Below, one piece after another: positions 41,053 through 50,699 of a stretch of 64,000 nt of DNA (its first letter is position 1; each line of letters opens with the position of its first letter). A program made the position numbers and the translations under genes. The notes under the pieces were generated by a model. That model had not been told where the DNA came from. It worked only from the letters and a program-made list of their open reading frames with translations, and searched no databases. The DNA comes from Leptospira sp. (GTDB taxonomy: Bacteria > Spirochaetota > Leptospiria > Leptospirales > Leptospiraceae): assembly GCA_034439575.1 (NCBI GenBank), contig JAWXAQ010000007.1, positions 160,001 to 224,000 on the forward strand, given 5' to 3'.

Positions 41053-41898
41053 TTAATTTCGGTTCATTGAAGAGCGAACTGTCTTTAATAAATTTAAAAT
41101 TTCATTATGAATAATTCCATTTGAAGCAATCAATTCTGGTAGGCCAGTGTAGTAATGTTTACCATTAAGGTCTGTTAATTTACCACCAGCTTCCGTTAAG
41201 ATGATTGATATTGCTGAGATGTCCCAATGTTTCACATTTTTTTCCCAAATAGCATCCATTAATCCTTCTGCTATCCAACAACAATCTAATATGAAAGATC
41301 CTGTTCTCCGAAAAGAGCGAGCATATGTTAAAAACCCAGATAAATCGGCCATGATCTCTTGAATCATATGAGCCCGTTTTGTAGGTAGGTTGGGGCTAAA
41401 AATGGCTCTGTTTAATTCTGATACAGAAGAAGTAAAAATAGTTTCACCATTCTTGACTGCACCTTCTCCAAGGACTGCTGAATATACTGCATCTTGTGGA
41501 GGAACAATTACAACTCCACCCACAGGTGTTTCACGGTGCTCTATACCAAATGAAATAGCATATAATGGCAATCCCCTTACAAAATTCATAGATCCATCCA
41601 CAGGATCCAGTACCCAACGGAAATCATTGCTTCCTTCAATCGGTTCTTTGTCTTCACAAAGTATCCCATCTTTAGGAAATGCTTTTTGTAAAAATTTTGA
41701 AAATATATCACCTAATACACGATCTGCGGCATGAATTCTCTCTAATTCATCTGCATCGGTTTTTGATCTAATTCCCGACATTTCCTTTTGGATCTTTTTG
41801 GCTTCTAAGATAATCCCTGTTGCATTGGCTTTGATGAATTCTACTCTTTTGATAGTTTCATCCACGGGAAAATTTAAAGTAGGTGAGGAAATGCTCAT
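41053..41898 (-). CDS. Inositol monophosphatase family (SuhB-like)
   Basis: WVLDPVDGS.NF, RRTGS and WD..A......AGG motifs. Confidence 0.9.
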   Translation of the reverse strand: MSISSPTLNFPVDETIKRVEFIKANATGIILEAKKIQKEMSGIRSKTDADELERIHAADRVLGDIFSKFLQKAFPKDGILCEDKEPIEGSNDFRWVLDPVDGSMNFVRGLPLYAISFGIEHRETPVGGVVIVPPQDAVYSAVLGEGAVKNGETIFTSSVSELNRAIFSPNLPTKRAHMIQEIMADLSGFLTYARSFRRTGSFILDCCWIAEGLMDAIWEKNVKHWDISAISIILTEAGGKLTDLNGKHYYTGLPELIASNGIIHNEILNLLKTVRSSMNRN

Positions 41899-41906
41899 AG
41901 CTTATC

Positions 41907-42806
41907 TCATTCCGTTAGAGCATTAAAATCAGTAAAGTGGATTTTCCATAACATATTGCCTGATCTAGATTGGGTACGCGTAGTTTCGTGTGCAAATAAA
42001 TATTTATGAAACGCATTGATCACATTTTGTTCCACACCTTCATCGCCCGGATCAAGAATAGAATAGTACCTTCTAAATTCCCGTATAATTTGAGGAAGGG
42101 AAGCCTTCAAAAATCGAAGCGATAAGGATAAATAATCAATGCCTACAGGACTATAAACTCGTCCCATTGGCCAAATTTCTGAATTGATGCCAAGTTCTGA
42201 ACGGATCTTTGCTTCCATGTCAGAGAAGTCCAACTCATCAAAAATTTCTGAAAATCTCTGAGGTTTTGCATTTGGATCTTTATCACTTTCCACTCGAAAC
42301 ACACCACCTTTGAATCGACGAGCAATGAAATCAGAAACATAGTCACCTTCTTCCACAGCTTCTTCAATAGGAAATATTTTTGATTGGAAATAGATTCTAT
42401 CTGTTTCCACACTAGGGGATTGATTTTGTGCACCAGCTTTTTTGATCTCTTCTGGCTTTGCCCCACCTAAGTATTGCATATCGGTCGAAAAAATATACAT
42501 AAATTTTTTGTTAGCAAAGACAATGGGTCTTGCAAAAAACAATTTTCCTGTTTCTTTTTTTGGTCGAGGTTCAGGTAATAAACTAGTGCCTTCAATAGCT
42601 TCGGGAAGAAATTTAATTAAAATATTTACATACTCTGATATTGCAGAATATTCAGGCTTTGTAATGGAAGACGAAGGAAGGAAAAACTTTTCACCAAACT
42701 TAATGTATGGCGAATGTAAATTATCTACAAAAATTTCACCTGGCTTATTTTTCCCGTCCAAATCCAGAAGTTTTTTATTAATGGCTAGAATTTCTTTAGG
42801 AATCAT
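41907..42806 (-). CDS. Hypothetical cytoplasmic protein
   Basis: 299-aa ORF abutting both neighbours in an operon-like run; no motif recognised. Confidence 0.7.
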   Translation of the reverse strand: MIPKEILAINKKLLDLDGKNKPGEIFVDNLHSPYIKFGEKFFLPSSSITKPEYSAISEYVNILIKFLPEAIEGTSLLPEPRPKKETGKLFFARPIVFANKKFMYIFSTDMQYLGGAKPEEIKKAGAQNQSPSVETDRIYFQSKIFPIEEAVEEGDYVSDFIARRFKGGVFRVESDKDPNAKPQRFSEIFDELDFSDMEAKIRSELGINSEIWPMGRVYSPVGIDYLSLSLRFLKASLPQIIREFRRYYSILDPGDEGVEQNVINAFHKYLFAHETTRTQSRSGNMLWKIHFTDFNALTE

Positions 42807-44789
42807 TTATTTTTTTAACTTTTCTATTTTAAAAGCAAAAGGTTTCATTCTGCTGAATCCTACCCACCGTGTACTATTGGAATGATTCATAGTTATGCGA
42901 TAATTTGATTCTTTGCCTTCGCGGAAATGTCGTTCTATTGTTTTTCCCAAAAATTGAAATGGTATCTTTGCCTCTTTGAATATTTTACGGTATAACAAGA
43001 CAAAACTAAAAGGGTTTAGAGAAGTTCCTACATAATACACTTTCCCTTTTCCAAACTGGTTTACAGTAATCGCTGGTTTTCCTTTGTAGAATTTTTTTGA
43101 ATCAGAATACTTAGAAAATACTTTTGCAGTTGTAGGTTCAAGTATTTCACAAAACTTTTTACCCTTTAAAGGAAATACTCCCATTCGTAGCGAAACTTCT
43201 TCATTGCCGATGGCTTCAAATTGGTAAACTTCCACTCCTGCCATTTCTCTAAATTTTCCAGGCACAGGATCTTCCACCATCCAATGGTCTTTATCCTTAA
43301 TCCCCGAACGGTAGCCCAAAACCAGGATTCCACCATTCTCTACATAACTTCGAAGTTTTTCTACAATTTGATCATCAAACATTGTATATAAAGGAAGAGA
43401 CAAAACCTTGTACTTGGACCAGTCTACGTTGGCCTCAATAGGTAAAGAATGAGTATTTACATTTAGAACATTTGAACCAGCAAACCAAGTGGCAAGTTCT
43501 ATATCATAACCGACTCGCGCAAAAGGTACAGGATCAAATTTGAGCCCATCGGACAATGGTTGATGTTTGTAATTTCTGGAATTTTCAACATCGTGTAACA
43601 AAGCCACCTGAGCTGGATAAGGCGAATCCTTTATATCATCCGCAAAATCACGTAATTCTTCTATTGTTCTTTTCAACTCATAATACTTATGTGTTTTTTT
43701 CTTCCCGTGATCCAAGATTCCATAACAAAGTTGCTCTTGCCCAAATCTAGCCGTACGATATCTAAAAAAATAAACTTGATTGGCTCCATTAACTATGGCT
43801 TGAGTTAACCATAATCCGATTTGTCCTGGAGGTGGTAAATATCCGAGAGTATCATGACCTTGGACACCAGAAAATTGTTCCATTACAGTGAATGCATCAT
43901 TTTTTAATCCGCGTGAGTATTGTAAGGTGGCAGAAACTAAAGGATGGGGATAGGGTTCTTGTTGATTCCCCCAAACAGGATAATTATCCCAAGAAACATA
44001 ATCTAAGGTCTTAAATAATTCATACATATCCGTCACTGGGAGAAAAGGTGAAGGATACAAGTTTGTTGTAATTCTACGATTTTTAGAATATTTTCTAACA
44101 ATATCCGTTTGTATTTTTATGTAAGAAACTAATTCGTCTGATTGAAATCGATAATAATCTTGGATCATTGCTGGATTAAAATTACTAGCAACGTGGGCTC
44201 CCGGAAGAGGAATCTGATTCCAATCCGAATACATTACACCCCAAAATACATTCCCCCAACGTTTGTTAAGTGTAGATAAAATTTTATATTTGCTTTTTAA
44301 CCATTTTCGAAAATTGATTTCTGCTAATTTTGAATAGTCTTGATCAGATCCTTCATGTCCTGGCTCATTATCAATTTGCCATCCTACAACCGCAGGATGA
44401 TTTCCAAAATGTTTTGCCATGGCTGTAACGATTCTTTCTGTCGCCTTACGAAAAGCTGGTGAAGAAAAAGAAGCTTGCCTGCGTGTACCTATAATTCTTA
44501 TAATGCCATCCTTTGAAGTTTGGACAATTTCTGGATGCTTTTTGTATAACCAAGGAGGAAATGTAGCTGTCGGTGTTCCTAGAATGGCTGTCATTCCTAA
44601 CTTATGTATCTTATCAAGAATTTGATCAAAAAGGGAAAATTCAAATTTGCCTTCTTTCGGTTCCATAATTCCCCAAGCAAATTCAGCAAGACGGACTGAT
44701 GATAGTCCCATTTCCTTCATTAAATTTAAGTCTTCATCCCAATCTTTTTCCGTCCATTGTTCCGGATAATAATCAACACCAAAGATCAT
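42807..44789 (-). CDS. Beta-galactosidase, glycoside hydrolase family 42
   Basis: GVDYYPEQW, AEFAW..MEP, GTPTA.PP.W, WQIDNE, SWDNYP, VMEQ and FRYR motifs; no signal peptide. Confidence 0.93.
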   Translation of the reverse strand: MIFGVDYYPEQWTEKDWDEDLNLMKEMGLSSVRLAEFAWGIMEPKEGKFEFSLFDQILDKIHKLGMTAILGTPTATFPPWLYKKHPEIVQTSKDGIIRIIGTRRQASFSSPAFRKATERIVTAMAKHFGNHPAVVGWQIDNEPGHEGSDQDYSKLAEINFRKWLKSKYKILSTLNKRWGNVFWGVMYSDWNQIPLPGAHVASNFNPAMIQDYYRFQSDELVSYIKIQTDIVRKYSKNRRITTNLYPSPFLPVTDMYELFKTLDYVSWDNYPVWGNQQEPYPHPLVSATLQYSRGLKNDAFTVMEQFSGVQGHDTLGYLPPPGQIGLWLTQAIVNGANQVYFFRYRTARFGQEQLCYGILDHGKKKTHKYYELKRTIEELRDFADDIKDSPYPAQVALLHDVENSRNYKHQPLSDGLKFDPVPFARVGYDIELATWFAGSNVLNVNTHSLPIEANVDWSKYKVLSLPLYTMFDDQIVEKLRSYVENGGILVLGYRSGIKDKDHWMVEDPVPGKFREMAGVEVYQFEAIGNEEVSLRMGVFPLKGKKFCEILEPTTAKVFSKYSDSKKFYKGKPAITVNQFGKGKVYYVGTSLNPFSFVLLYRKIFKEAKIPFQFLGKTIERHFREGKESNYRITMNHSNSTRWVGFSRMKPFAFKIEKLKK

Positions 44790-44864
44790 AATTTTCCTTT
44801 TTACGATTGCCGTATCTCACTTCAAACACAGACTGAATACGAAAACCTTCGTTTCAATCAAATA

Positions 44865-45722
44865 ATGACCGATCAAGTTATTTTAGGAATAGTTCCTCAA
44901 AACCATTTTAGATTCTCTATCGCAGAATTAACCAATACTGCGAATGATATTACTACATTACACAATCTCAATCGTGAAATGTCCGTTTTCCTCTCAAAGA
45001 CCATGCTTGGTGCTCTGTTTTTAGCCGAAATGACAAAAAACCAACAAAGGGTCAGCATACAATGGAAGGACGAAACAAACAAATCGGCTCTCGCATATAG
45101 CGATCGTTATGGGAGAATAAAAGCTGTCGCTTATGGTGACATGCTAGAAGAAGGCGATATTAGAAATGAATTCATACTCGGTCAAGGAATAATGAAAGTT
45201 ATTCGTTGGCAATACGATTCAGATTTTTATCAAAGTTTTACTAACCTTATTGAAGATACGTTTGAATTTAATTTTTTAAAATATTTAGGGGAATCAGAAC
45301 AAGTAAGATCAATCGTAGGAATGGATGTTGAAAACAAAACACTACAGCCAATTAATAATCGCGTAAAGGGTGTTATGTTTGAAGCATTGCCAGAAGCTAC
45401 AGATGAGGACTTTGATTTTATAAAATCAAAGATAGAACCCTTATTCCAGAAAGAATTATTTTGGAACCAAAGCCTCGAAGAAATGAAAACAGAGCTATCT
45501 ATTGCTCTTGCTTCAGAACTTATAGTGCTATCAACCGAAGAACCAGCTTTTATCTGCGATTGTTCTAGATTCAAAGTTTCTGAAATCATTTTATCCCTTG
45601 GTAGAATCGAGGCTGATTCTATCGTAGATGAATTTGGCCAAGTGGAAATCACTTGCGAATTTTGTAAAAAAGCATATCAGTTCAATCAAGAGGATGTCGC
45701 CACTCTTTTCCAAGATGAATGA
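44865..45722 (+). CDS. hslO: Hsp33 redox-regulated chaperone
   Basis: SEQV and C-terminal CDC...CEFC zinc motif. Start placed at ATG 44865. Confidence 0.88.
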   Translation: MTDQVILGIVPQNHFRFSIAELTNTANDITTLHNLNREMSVFLSKTMLGALFLAEMTKNQQRVSIQWKDETNKSALAYSDRYGRIKAVAYGDMLEEGDIRNEFILGQGIMKVIRWQYDSDFYQSFTNLIEDTFEFNFLKYLGESEQVRSIVGMDVENKTLQPINNRVKGVMFEALPEATDEDFDFIKSKIEPLFQKELFWNQSLEEMKTELSIALASELIVLSTEEPAFICDCSRFKVSEIILSLGRIEADSIVDEFGQVEITCEFCKKAYQFNQEDVATLFQDE

Positions 45723-46164
45723 ATTGAAACTTGAATTAGGCGAAGACAACCTAAAGCCACTTTTTGAAATTTTGACTCCATTAATTCAAAAGATTTTAAA
45801 TCAAAAGCAGTTCCCTATTATTTTATTATCCGGCGATTTAGGGGCAGGCAAAACTACTTTAGTAAGAAAATGGATGGAATCGGTAGGCTCAAATGATCAG
45901 GCAAACTCACCAACATTCACCTTACAAAATATTTACGATTGGAAAGGAATCGTAATCCACCACTTTGATTTATATAGAATTAAATCAATTGAAGAGTTAG
46001 AAGAATTAGGCTTTGAGGATATTTGGGGTAAAGTCGGAATTTGCTTTATTGAGTGGTGGCAAATTGCTGAAAATCTTATCCCTTCCCAAAGTAGGATTCA
46101 TCTGAACATCGAAACAATTGATAGAAGCAAAAGAATATACAATCTTCGGTCTATGTATTTATGA
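45715..46164 (+). CDS. tsaE: tRNA t6A biosynthesis ATPase
   Basis: GDLGAGKTT, SPTF, HFDLYR and IEW motifs. Start is 45715 or 45694. Confidence 0.95.
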   Translation: MNELKLELGEDNLKPLFEILTPLIQKILNQKQFPIILLSGDLGAGKTTLVRKWMESVGSNDQANSPTFTLQNIYDWKGIVIHHFDLYRIKSIEELEELGFEDIWGKVGICFIEWWQIAENLIPSQSRIHLNIETIDRSKRIYNLRSMYL

Positions 46165-46850
46165 AAGTTCTTTTCTTTGATGCCACGCAAGATTGGTTGC
46201 ATGTTGCAATAAACGAATTAAGCAATCAAGATAGAGACAAAAATGTATTAGATAAAGTTTTGTTTGAAAAAAGTGAGTATTGCCCAAAGGAATCTTCTTT
46301 TCGTCTAGTGTCCGAAATTCAAAAAGCATTGAAAATAATAGAAATCAAAAAACCTGATGCTGTAGTTTGCTTGCTTGGACCAGGTTCCTTTACAGGAATT
46401 CGCATAACGGTAGCTACTGCTAGAAATTTATCTCAATTATGGAAAATAGCATCTTACGGCATCGATAGTGTAGAAGCGTATGCCGTTTCCTATTTTTCCG
46501 AATCAAGGGCAAGGATTCATCTAGCGATTGATGGAAAACAAAATAAATTCTACTATGGCAGTTTTGATGGAACTAATTACTCAGGTAGTCGTGATTTAGA
46601 AAATCCTGATATAAAAAAAATCATAAACTTAGATCAACAAATAAACAAACAAGAATTTGTTTTTGTAGGTCAAAAACCAGAATGCTTTCCAGAAATCTCA
46701 TTAAAAATTGGAGAGACATTACCAAAATCTATGCCTATACTAAGGTACCTAAAGGAAAAAATAATCAAATTAGATTATGATCAATTTGATTACCTCCACT
46801 TAATTCCGAATTATATTCGTGGTAGTTATGTGGAAACTAACAAGAAATAA
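46161..46850 (+). CDS. tsaB: tRNA t6A biosynthesis protein TsaB
   Basis: GPGSFTGIRI motif and C-terminal P.YIR; coupled to tsaE. Confidence 0.92.
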   Translation: MKVLFFDATQDWLHVAINELSNQDRDKNVLDKVLFEKSEYCPKESSFRLVSEIQKALKIIEIKKPDAVVCLLGPGSFTGIRITVATARNLSQLWKIASYGIDSVEAYAVSYFSESRARIHLAIDGKQNKFYYGSFDGTNYSGSRDLENPDIKKIINLDQQINKQEFVFVGQKPECFPEISLKIGETLPKSMPILRYLKEKIIKLDYDQFDYLHLIPNYIRGSYVETNKK

Positions 46851-49018
46851 TGGACATATACAAATTACAAAAGAAAATCATTGATTACCTTGATTCAAAA
46901 TCAGGAAAAGAAGTTACTAAACAAGAAATAAAAAACAAATTTTTGGATCTAGTTGAAAAACCAAAACAACAACATATTAATCAAAAGAAAAAAAGCGCTA
47001 AACCAAAAGTTCGATCCACAAGAAAGGAGCTAGATCTTGCCGTTGAAAATCTGTTAGTATCCCTTGAGAAAGAAGGGTTATTAGAAACACACAAAAAGTC
47101 AATTTTAGTAAAATCACCTTTTCGATTTGTTGGGCGAGTCTCAATTTCCCGTAGAGGAGATGGTTTTTTAAAATTACCAAGCAAGAGCGAAGTTTTTATT
47201 CCAGGTTCATTAACAAATACTGCAATCAGTGGTGACAAAGTTGAAGTACTACCATTGGGCATTGGAAGAAAGGATCGTTTCGAAGGTGAAGTCACACAAA
47301 TCCTTCGCCGGGGCCGTACTCTTTACCGAATGAAAGTCAAAGAAAAAACTGGAAAATATATATTTGGGTTTTTCTTAGATATGTTAGGTGATGAAAAAGA
47401 GGGAGTGATTCATACAAAAACTCTTCTAAAGGATACTATAGATAATATTAATTTAGGCGATATCTTGATTGTAAAATTGAAAGAAGGATCAAGACCAGAT
47501 GATAACCTATACGAAGTTAGCTTCGATAGATTTGAATCCGATTCAAAAGAAGATCCTGATTTAATGCGTATTTTAATGAAGTACGATTTTCAAATTCAAC
47601 ATCCCGATCATATAAAACTAGACTATAATGAAGAGGTTTCTGAAAAAACCGTTCACGATTGGAATCATAGAACTGATTTAAGAGAATTATATGCCGTCAC
47701 AATTGATGGTGAAACCGCAAAAGATTTTGATGATGCGATTAGTTTTTCAGATGAAGAAAATCGATTGAGAATTTGGGTTCATATCGCGGATGTTTCGCAT
47801 TATGTAAAATTAGATTCTGATTTAGATGAAGAAGCATACAATCGTGCCACTTCTGTCTATTTAGCAAATCGTGTCGTTCCGATGTTGCCACCAATATTGT
47901 CTGAGAATCTTTGCAGTTTAGTAGCGGATGTTAATCGCTGTGCATTCACCGTCGAGATGGAAGCAAGCAGGGATGGCGAAATTTTTAATGCTAAATTTTA
48001 TAAATCTATAATTAAAGTAAACAAACGTTATACTTATGAAATGGCGGAGGCAGAAATCAAATCTGCTGATCCCAAAAATTGGATGTTTCAAATTTCACAA
48101 TTTACCGACAACTTGCGAAAAAAGAGAATTAAAACTGGCAGAGTAGATCTGAATTTAAAGGAAGCTACAATTTCTTGGGATAAAGAAAAAAAAGCCTCAG
48201 GCATAGAAATTAAAGATCGTCTAACGAGTCATATTTTAATAGAAGAATTGATGCTTTCAGCAAATATGAAAGTTGATGAATTTTTGAGAAAGAAAAATGC
48301 TCCGACTCTTCATAGAATCCATGAACCAATGGATGAAGACAAATTAGAAATGTTAAATCAATTTCTACAATTAAATGGGCATAATATCACCATCAAAGAT
48401 ACGAGTTATCCGCAAATCATGAACGCCATTCATGCAATAGAAAATAGCCCCGTTGCTAAGATATTTAATTATTTATTACTGAGAAGTTTTATGCAAGCAT
48501 ACTATGGCGGTGAAACACTTGGACATTGGGGTTTAGGTTTTAAAGATTATTGTCATTTCACTTCACCGATTAGAAGATATCCTGATCTTGTAGTACATAG
48601 AGTTCTTCATTCTGCACTTTTATCAGAAAAACTACCATATAACAAAGGTAACATTGAAGTAATGGGATTACATTGTTCCGAAGAAGAAAGAAGAGCTTCG
48701 GATGCTGAACGAGATATTATAAAAATTAAATCTTTTCGTTATCTCGAATCCACTGGAGTTACAGAATTTAAAGGATTCATCGTGGGTATTCGTCCGTCTC
48801 AAATTTTTATAGAACTAGCAGATTCCAATCTAGAAGGTGTCCTCGATAAATCTGAGTTTACAGATGAATTAGAAGTGATGATTAAAAATGATTTTTCTTT
48901 TTATTCAAAAAAATACACTAAAAACTTTTTCATAGGTGATGAAGTTTCTGTTTCACTAGATAGAATTGATTATGAAGAGATAAAAGTTTTTCTAAAACTC
49001 AAATCTTTTAAAAAATAG
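46850..49018 (+). CDS. rnr: Ribonuclease R (RNB family)
   Basis: TIDGETAKDFDDA, HIADVS, RATSVY, IEELML and HFTSPIRRYPDL motifs. Confidence 0.92.
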   Translation: MDIYKLQKKIIDYLDSKSGKEVTKQEIKNKFLDLVEKPKQQHINQKKKSAKPKVRSTRKELDLAVENLLVSLEKEGLLETHKKSILVKSPFRFVGRVSISRRGDGFLKLPSKSEVFIPGSLTNTAISGDKVEVLPLGIGRKDRFEGEVTQILRRGRTLYRMKVKEKTGKYIFGFFLDMLGDEKEGVIHTKTLLKDTIDNINLGDILIVKLKEGSRPDDNLYEVSFDRFESDSKEDPDLMRILMKYDFQIQHPDHIKLDYNEEVSEKTVHDWNHRTDLRELYAVTIDGETAKDFDDAISFSDEENRLRIWVHIADVSHYVKLDSDLDEEAYNRATSVYLANRVVPMLPPILSENLCSLVADVNRCAFTVEMEASRDGEIFNAKFYKSIIKVNKRYTYEMAEAEIKSADPKNWMFQISQFTDNLRKKRIKTGRVDLNLKEATISWDKEKKASGIEIKDRLTSHILIEELMLSANMKVDEFLRKKNAPTLHRIHEPMDEDKLEMLNQFLQLNGHNITIKDTSYPQIMNAIHAIENSPVAKIFNYLLLRSFMQAYYGGETLGHWGLGFKDYCHFTSPIRRYPDLVVHRVLHSALLSEKLPYNKGNIEVMGLHCSEEERRASDAERDIIKIKSFRYLESTGVTEFKGFIVGIRPSQIFIELADSNLEGVLDKSEFTDELEVMIKNDFSFYSKKYTKNFFIGDEVSVSLDRIDYEEIKVFLKLKSFKK

Positions 49019-50699
49019 AATTTGATTCAATATCAGAACGCGTCCAAATTCGTCTAAAAAATGGTTTATTGTTAATTGTGAGTTTTTTCAATTTTTGAAT
49101 GATATCTTTCTCAGAAATATTAAATTCTGACATTACTTCTCGATTTAAATTCATATGGGAATGGGTAATCCATTTAACGACAGTTTTATCTTTACGAGCT
49201 TCTTTAGGTAAGAGCTCACCCATATATTCAAAGAATTTCTGATGAGTTAAAAAACTTGCATTAGATACTTCTGGCATTGGAGCCGCGCCATGATCTGCAG
49301 TGACAACTAATAAAAATTTGTCTTCATAATTTGATCGCAAAAAATCAAAAATCTTGCGAATCTCCATATCTGTGGCTCTTAGAATGTTTTCAGACTCTTT
49401 AGATTCCCACCCATACAAATGACCTACGGCATCTGTTGCTTTTAATGTAACAAATGCTAAATCGGTTACACCATCATTAAAAAATGGTTTTGAGATTATT
49501 TCATTATTTACTACTGTTCGAAACGTTTCGCCATCTAACAAAACTTGGTATTCTGATGCTTGGAAGTGATGCATCTTTTTTATTAAATCAATCCGGTCTT
49601 TCACTTTAAATTCAGAATTTGATACTTTGTTTTTTTCAATATAGAATTGATACAAATCCAAATTATTAAGAGTCTCTGGCAATGAATACGCTTTCGTATA
49701 TGTATCCCATCTTAAAGTATTTGTATTTTCCCAATAGACAAAATCTTGATCAGGCAAATTTTCATTGCTTATTTGTTCAGGAATTAAACTTCCATGACCA
49801 GCCATTCCAATACTAGCCCTTGCCGCATAACATTGACTGACTACTACGGGCAGATTTTTATTTTTTCTATCCCATTCATCTGCAAAACTCAATGTTTTCA
49901 TTTCATTTAGATTTATTTTTTTATCTAAAGTTTCATAAGCTTTTCTTTCATTCACACTACCATTATTATAATAATAAACTTCGTTTGAAAATGTTCCCAT
50001 TTCTTTTGGAAAACTTCCTGTGCCAATGGCAGCATGTCCTACTGCTGTATGAGCCTCAAGGTGGGCAACTTTAGCCTTAGTAAAGTATGCTGATGAGGAT
50101 TTTAAAGAAGTCAAAAATGGAGAAGAATTTGGATGCGCTTTGTACAATTGATCTCCACCTTGATCTACAACGATAGTAACAATTAATTCAGGTTTGGTGG
50201 TATTTTTTGTAAAAATTTTATTATAATCTTTTATATCTATTTTATTTTTAAAATCGAAGTTTAGGATTTTTGCATATATGGAAGGGATATGCTGTTGAAA
50301 TATACTATCTGGATATGTACCTGGTTTAATCCATTTTGGACCATATATCCAAATCGGAATATTTGTATCATACGGATAATGAGTATAATGTGAAGTATAG
50401 TTTACTTCTTTTTCAAATTGTTTAAGATTTTCATCCCAACCCCAAGTATTCTTGAGTTCTTCCCAGGAAATTTCATGTTCAATGAGTATTTCTTTTAATT
50501 CATCCTGAGAATAATGAGAAAGAGTGATTGATTCTCTAGCTTCTTTATCAAATATATTGTGTGGGTAAGGAACTAGTATTAAATCTGTATCAGGTTGTAG
50601 TGATCTTCTGGCTGCTGCTTTATATTCATTCTCCCAACTGCATGTTGAAAAAAGTATGAAACTAAATAATATGATAACTTTTAAATATTTTTTGATCAT
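49008..50699 (-). CDS. Alkaline phosphatase superfamily (PafA-like) lipoprotein, apparently circularly permuted
   Basis: Lipobox LFSTC; KP.LIV.IVVDQ, HTAVGHA.IGTG, D.VGH.YG and TADHG motifs. The H..Y.YDT.IP...GP...KPG block lies at the N-terminus. Confidence 0.85.
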   Translation of the reverse strand: MIKKYLKVIILFSFILFSTCSWENEYKAAARRSLQPDTDLILVPYPHNIFDKEARESITLSHYSQDELKEILIEHEISWEELKNTWGWDENLKQFEKEVNYTSHYTHYPYDTNIPIWIYGPKWIKPGTYPDSIFQQHIPSIYAKILNFDFKNKIDIKDYNKIFTKNTTKPELIVTIVVDQGGDQLYKAHPNSSPFLTSLKSSSAYFTKAKVAHLEAHTAVGHAAIGTGSFPKEMGTFSNEVYYYNNGSVNERKAYETLDKKINLNEMKTLSFADEWDRKNKNLPVVVSQCYAARASIGMAGHGSLIPEQISNENLPDQDFVYWENTNTLRWDTYTKAYSLPETLNNLDLYQFYIEKNKVSNSEFKVKDRIDLIKKMHHFQASEYQVLLDGETFRTVVNNEIISKPFFNDGVTDLAFVTLKATDAVGHLYGWESKESENILRATDMEIRKIFDFLRSNYEDKFLLVVTADHGAAPMPEVSNASFLTHQKFFEYMGELLPKEARKDKTVVKWITHSHMNLNREVMSEFNISEKDIIQKLKKLTINNKPFFRRIWTRSDIESNSIF

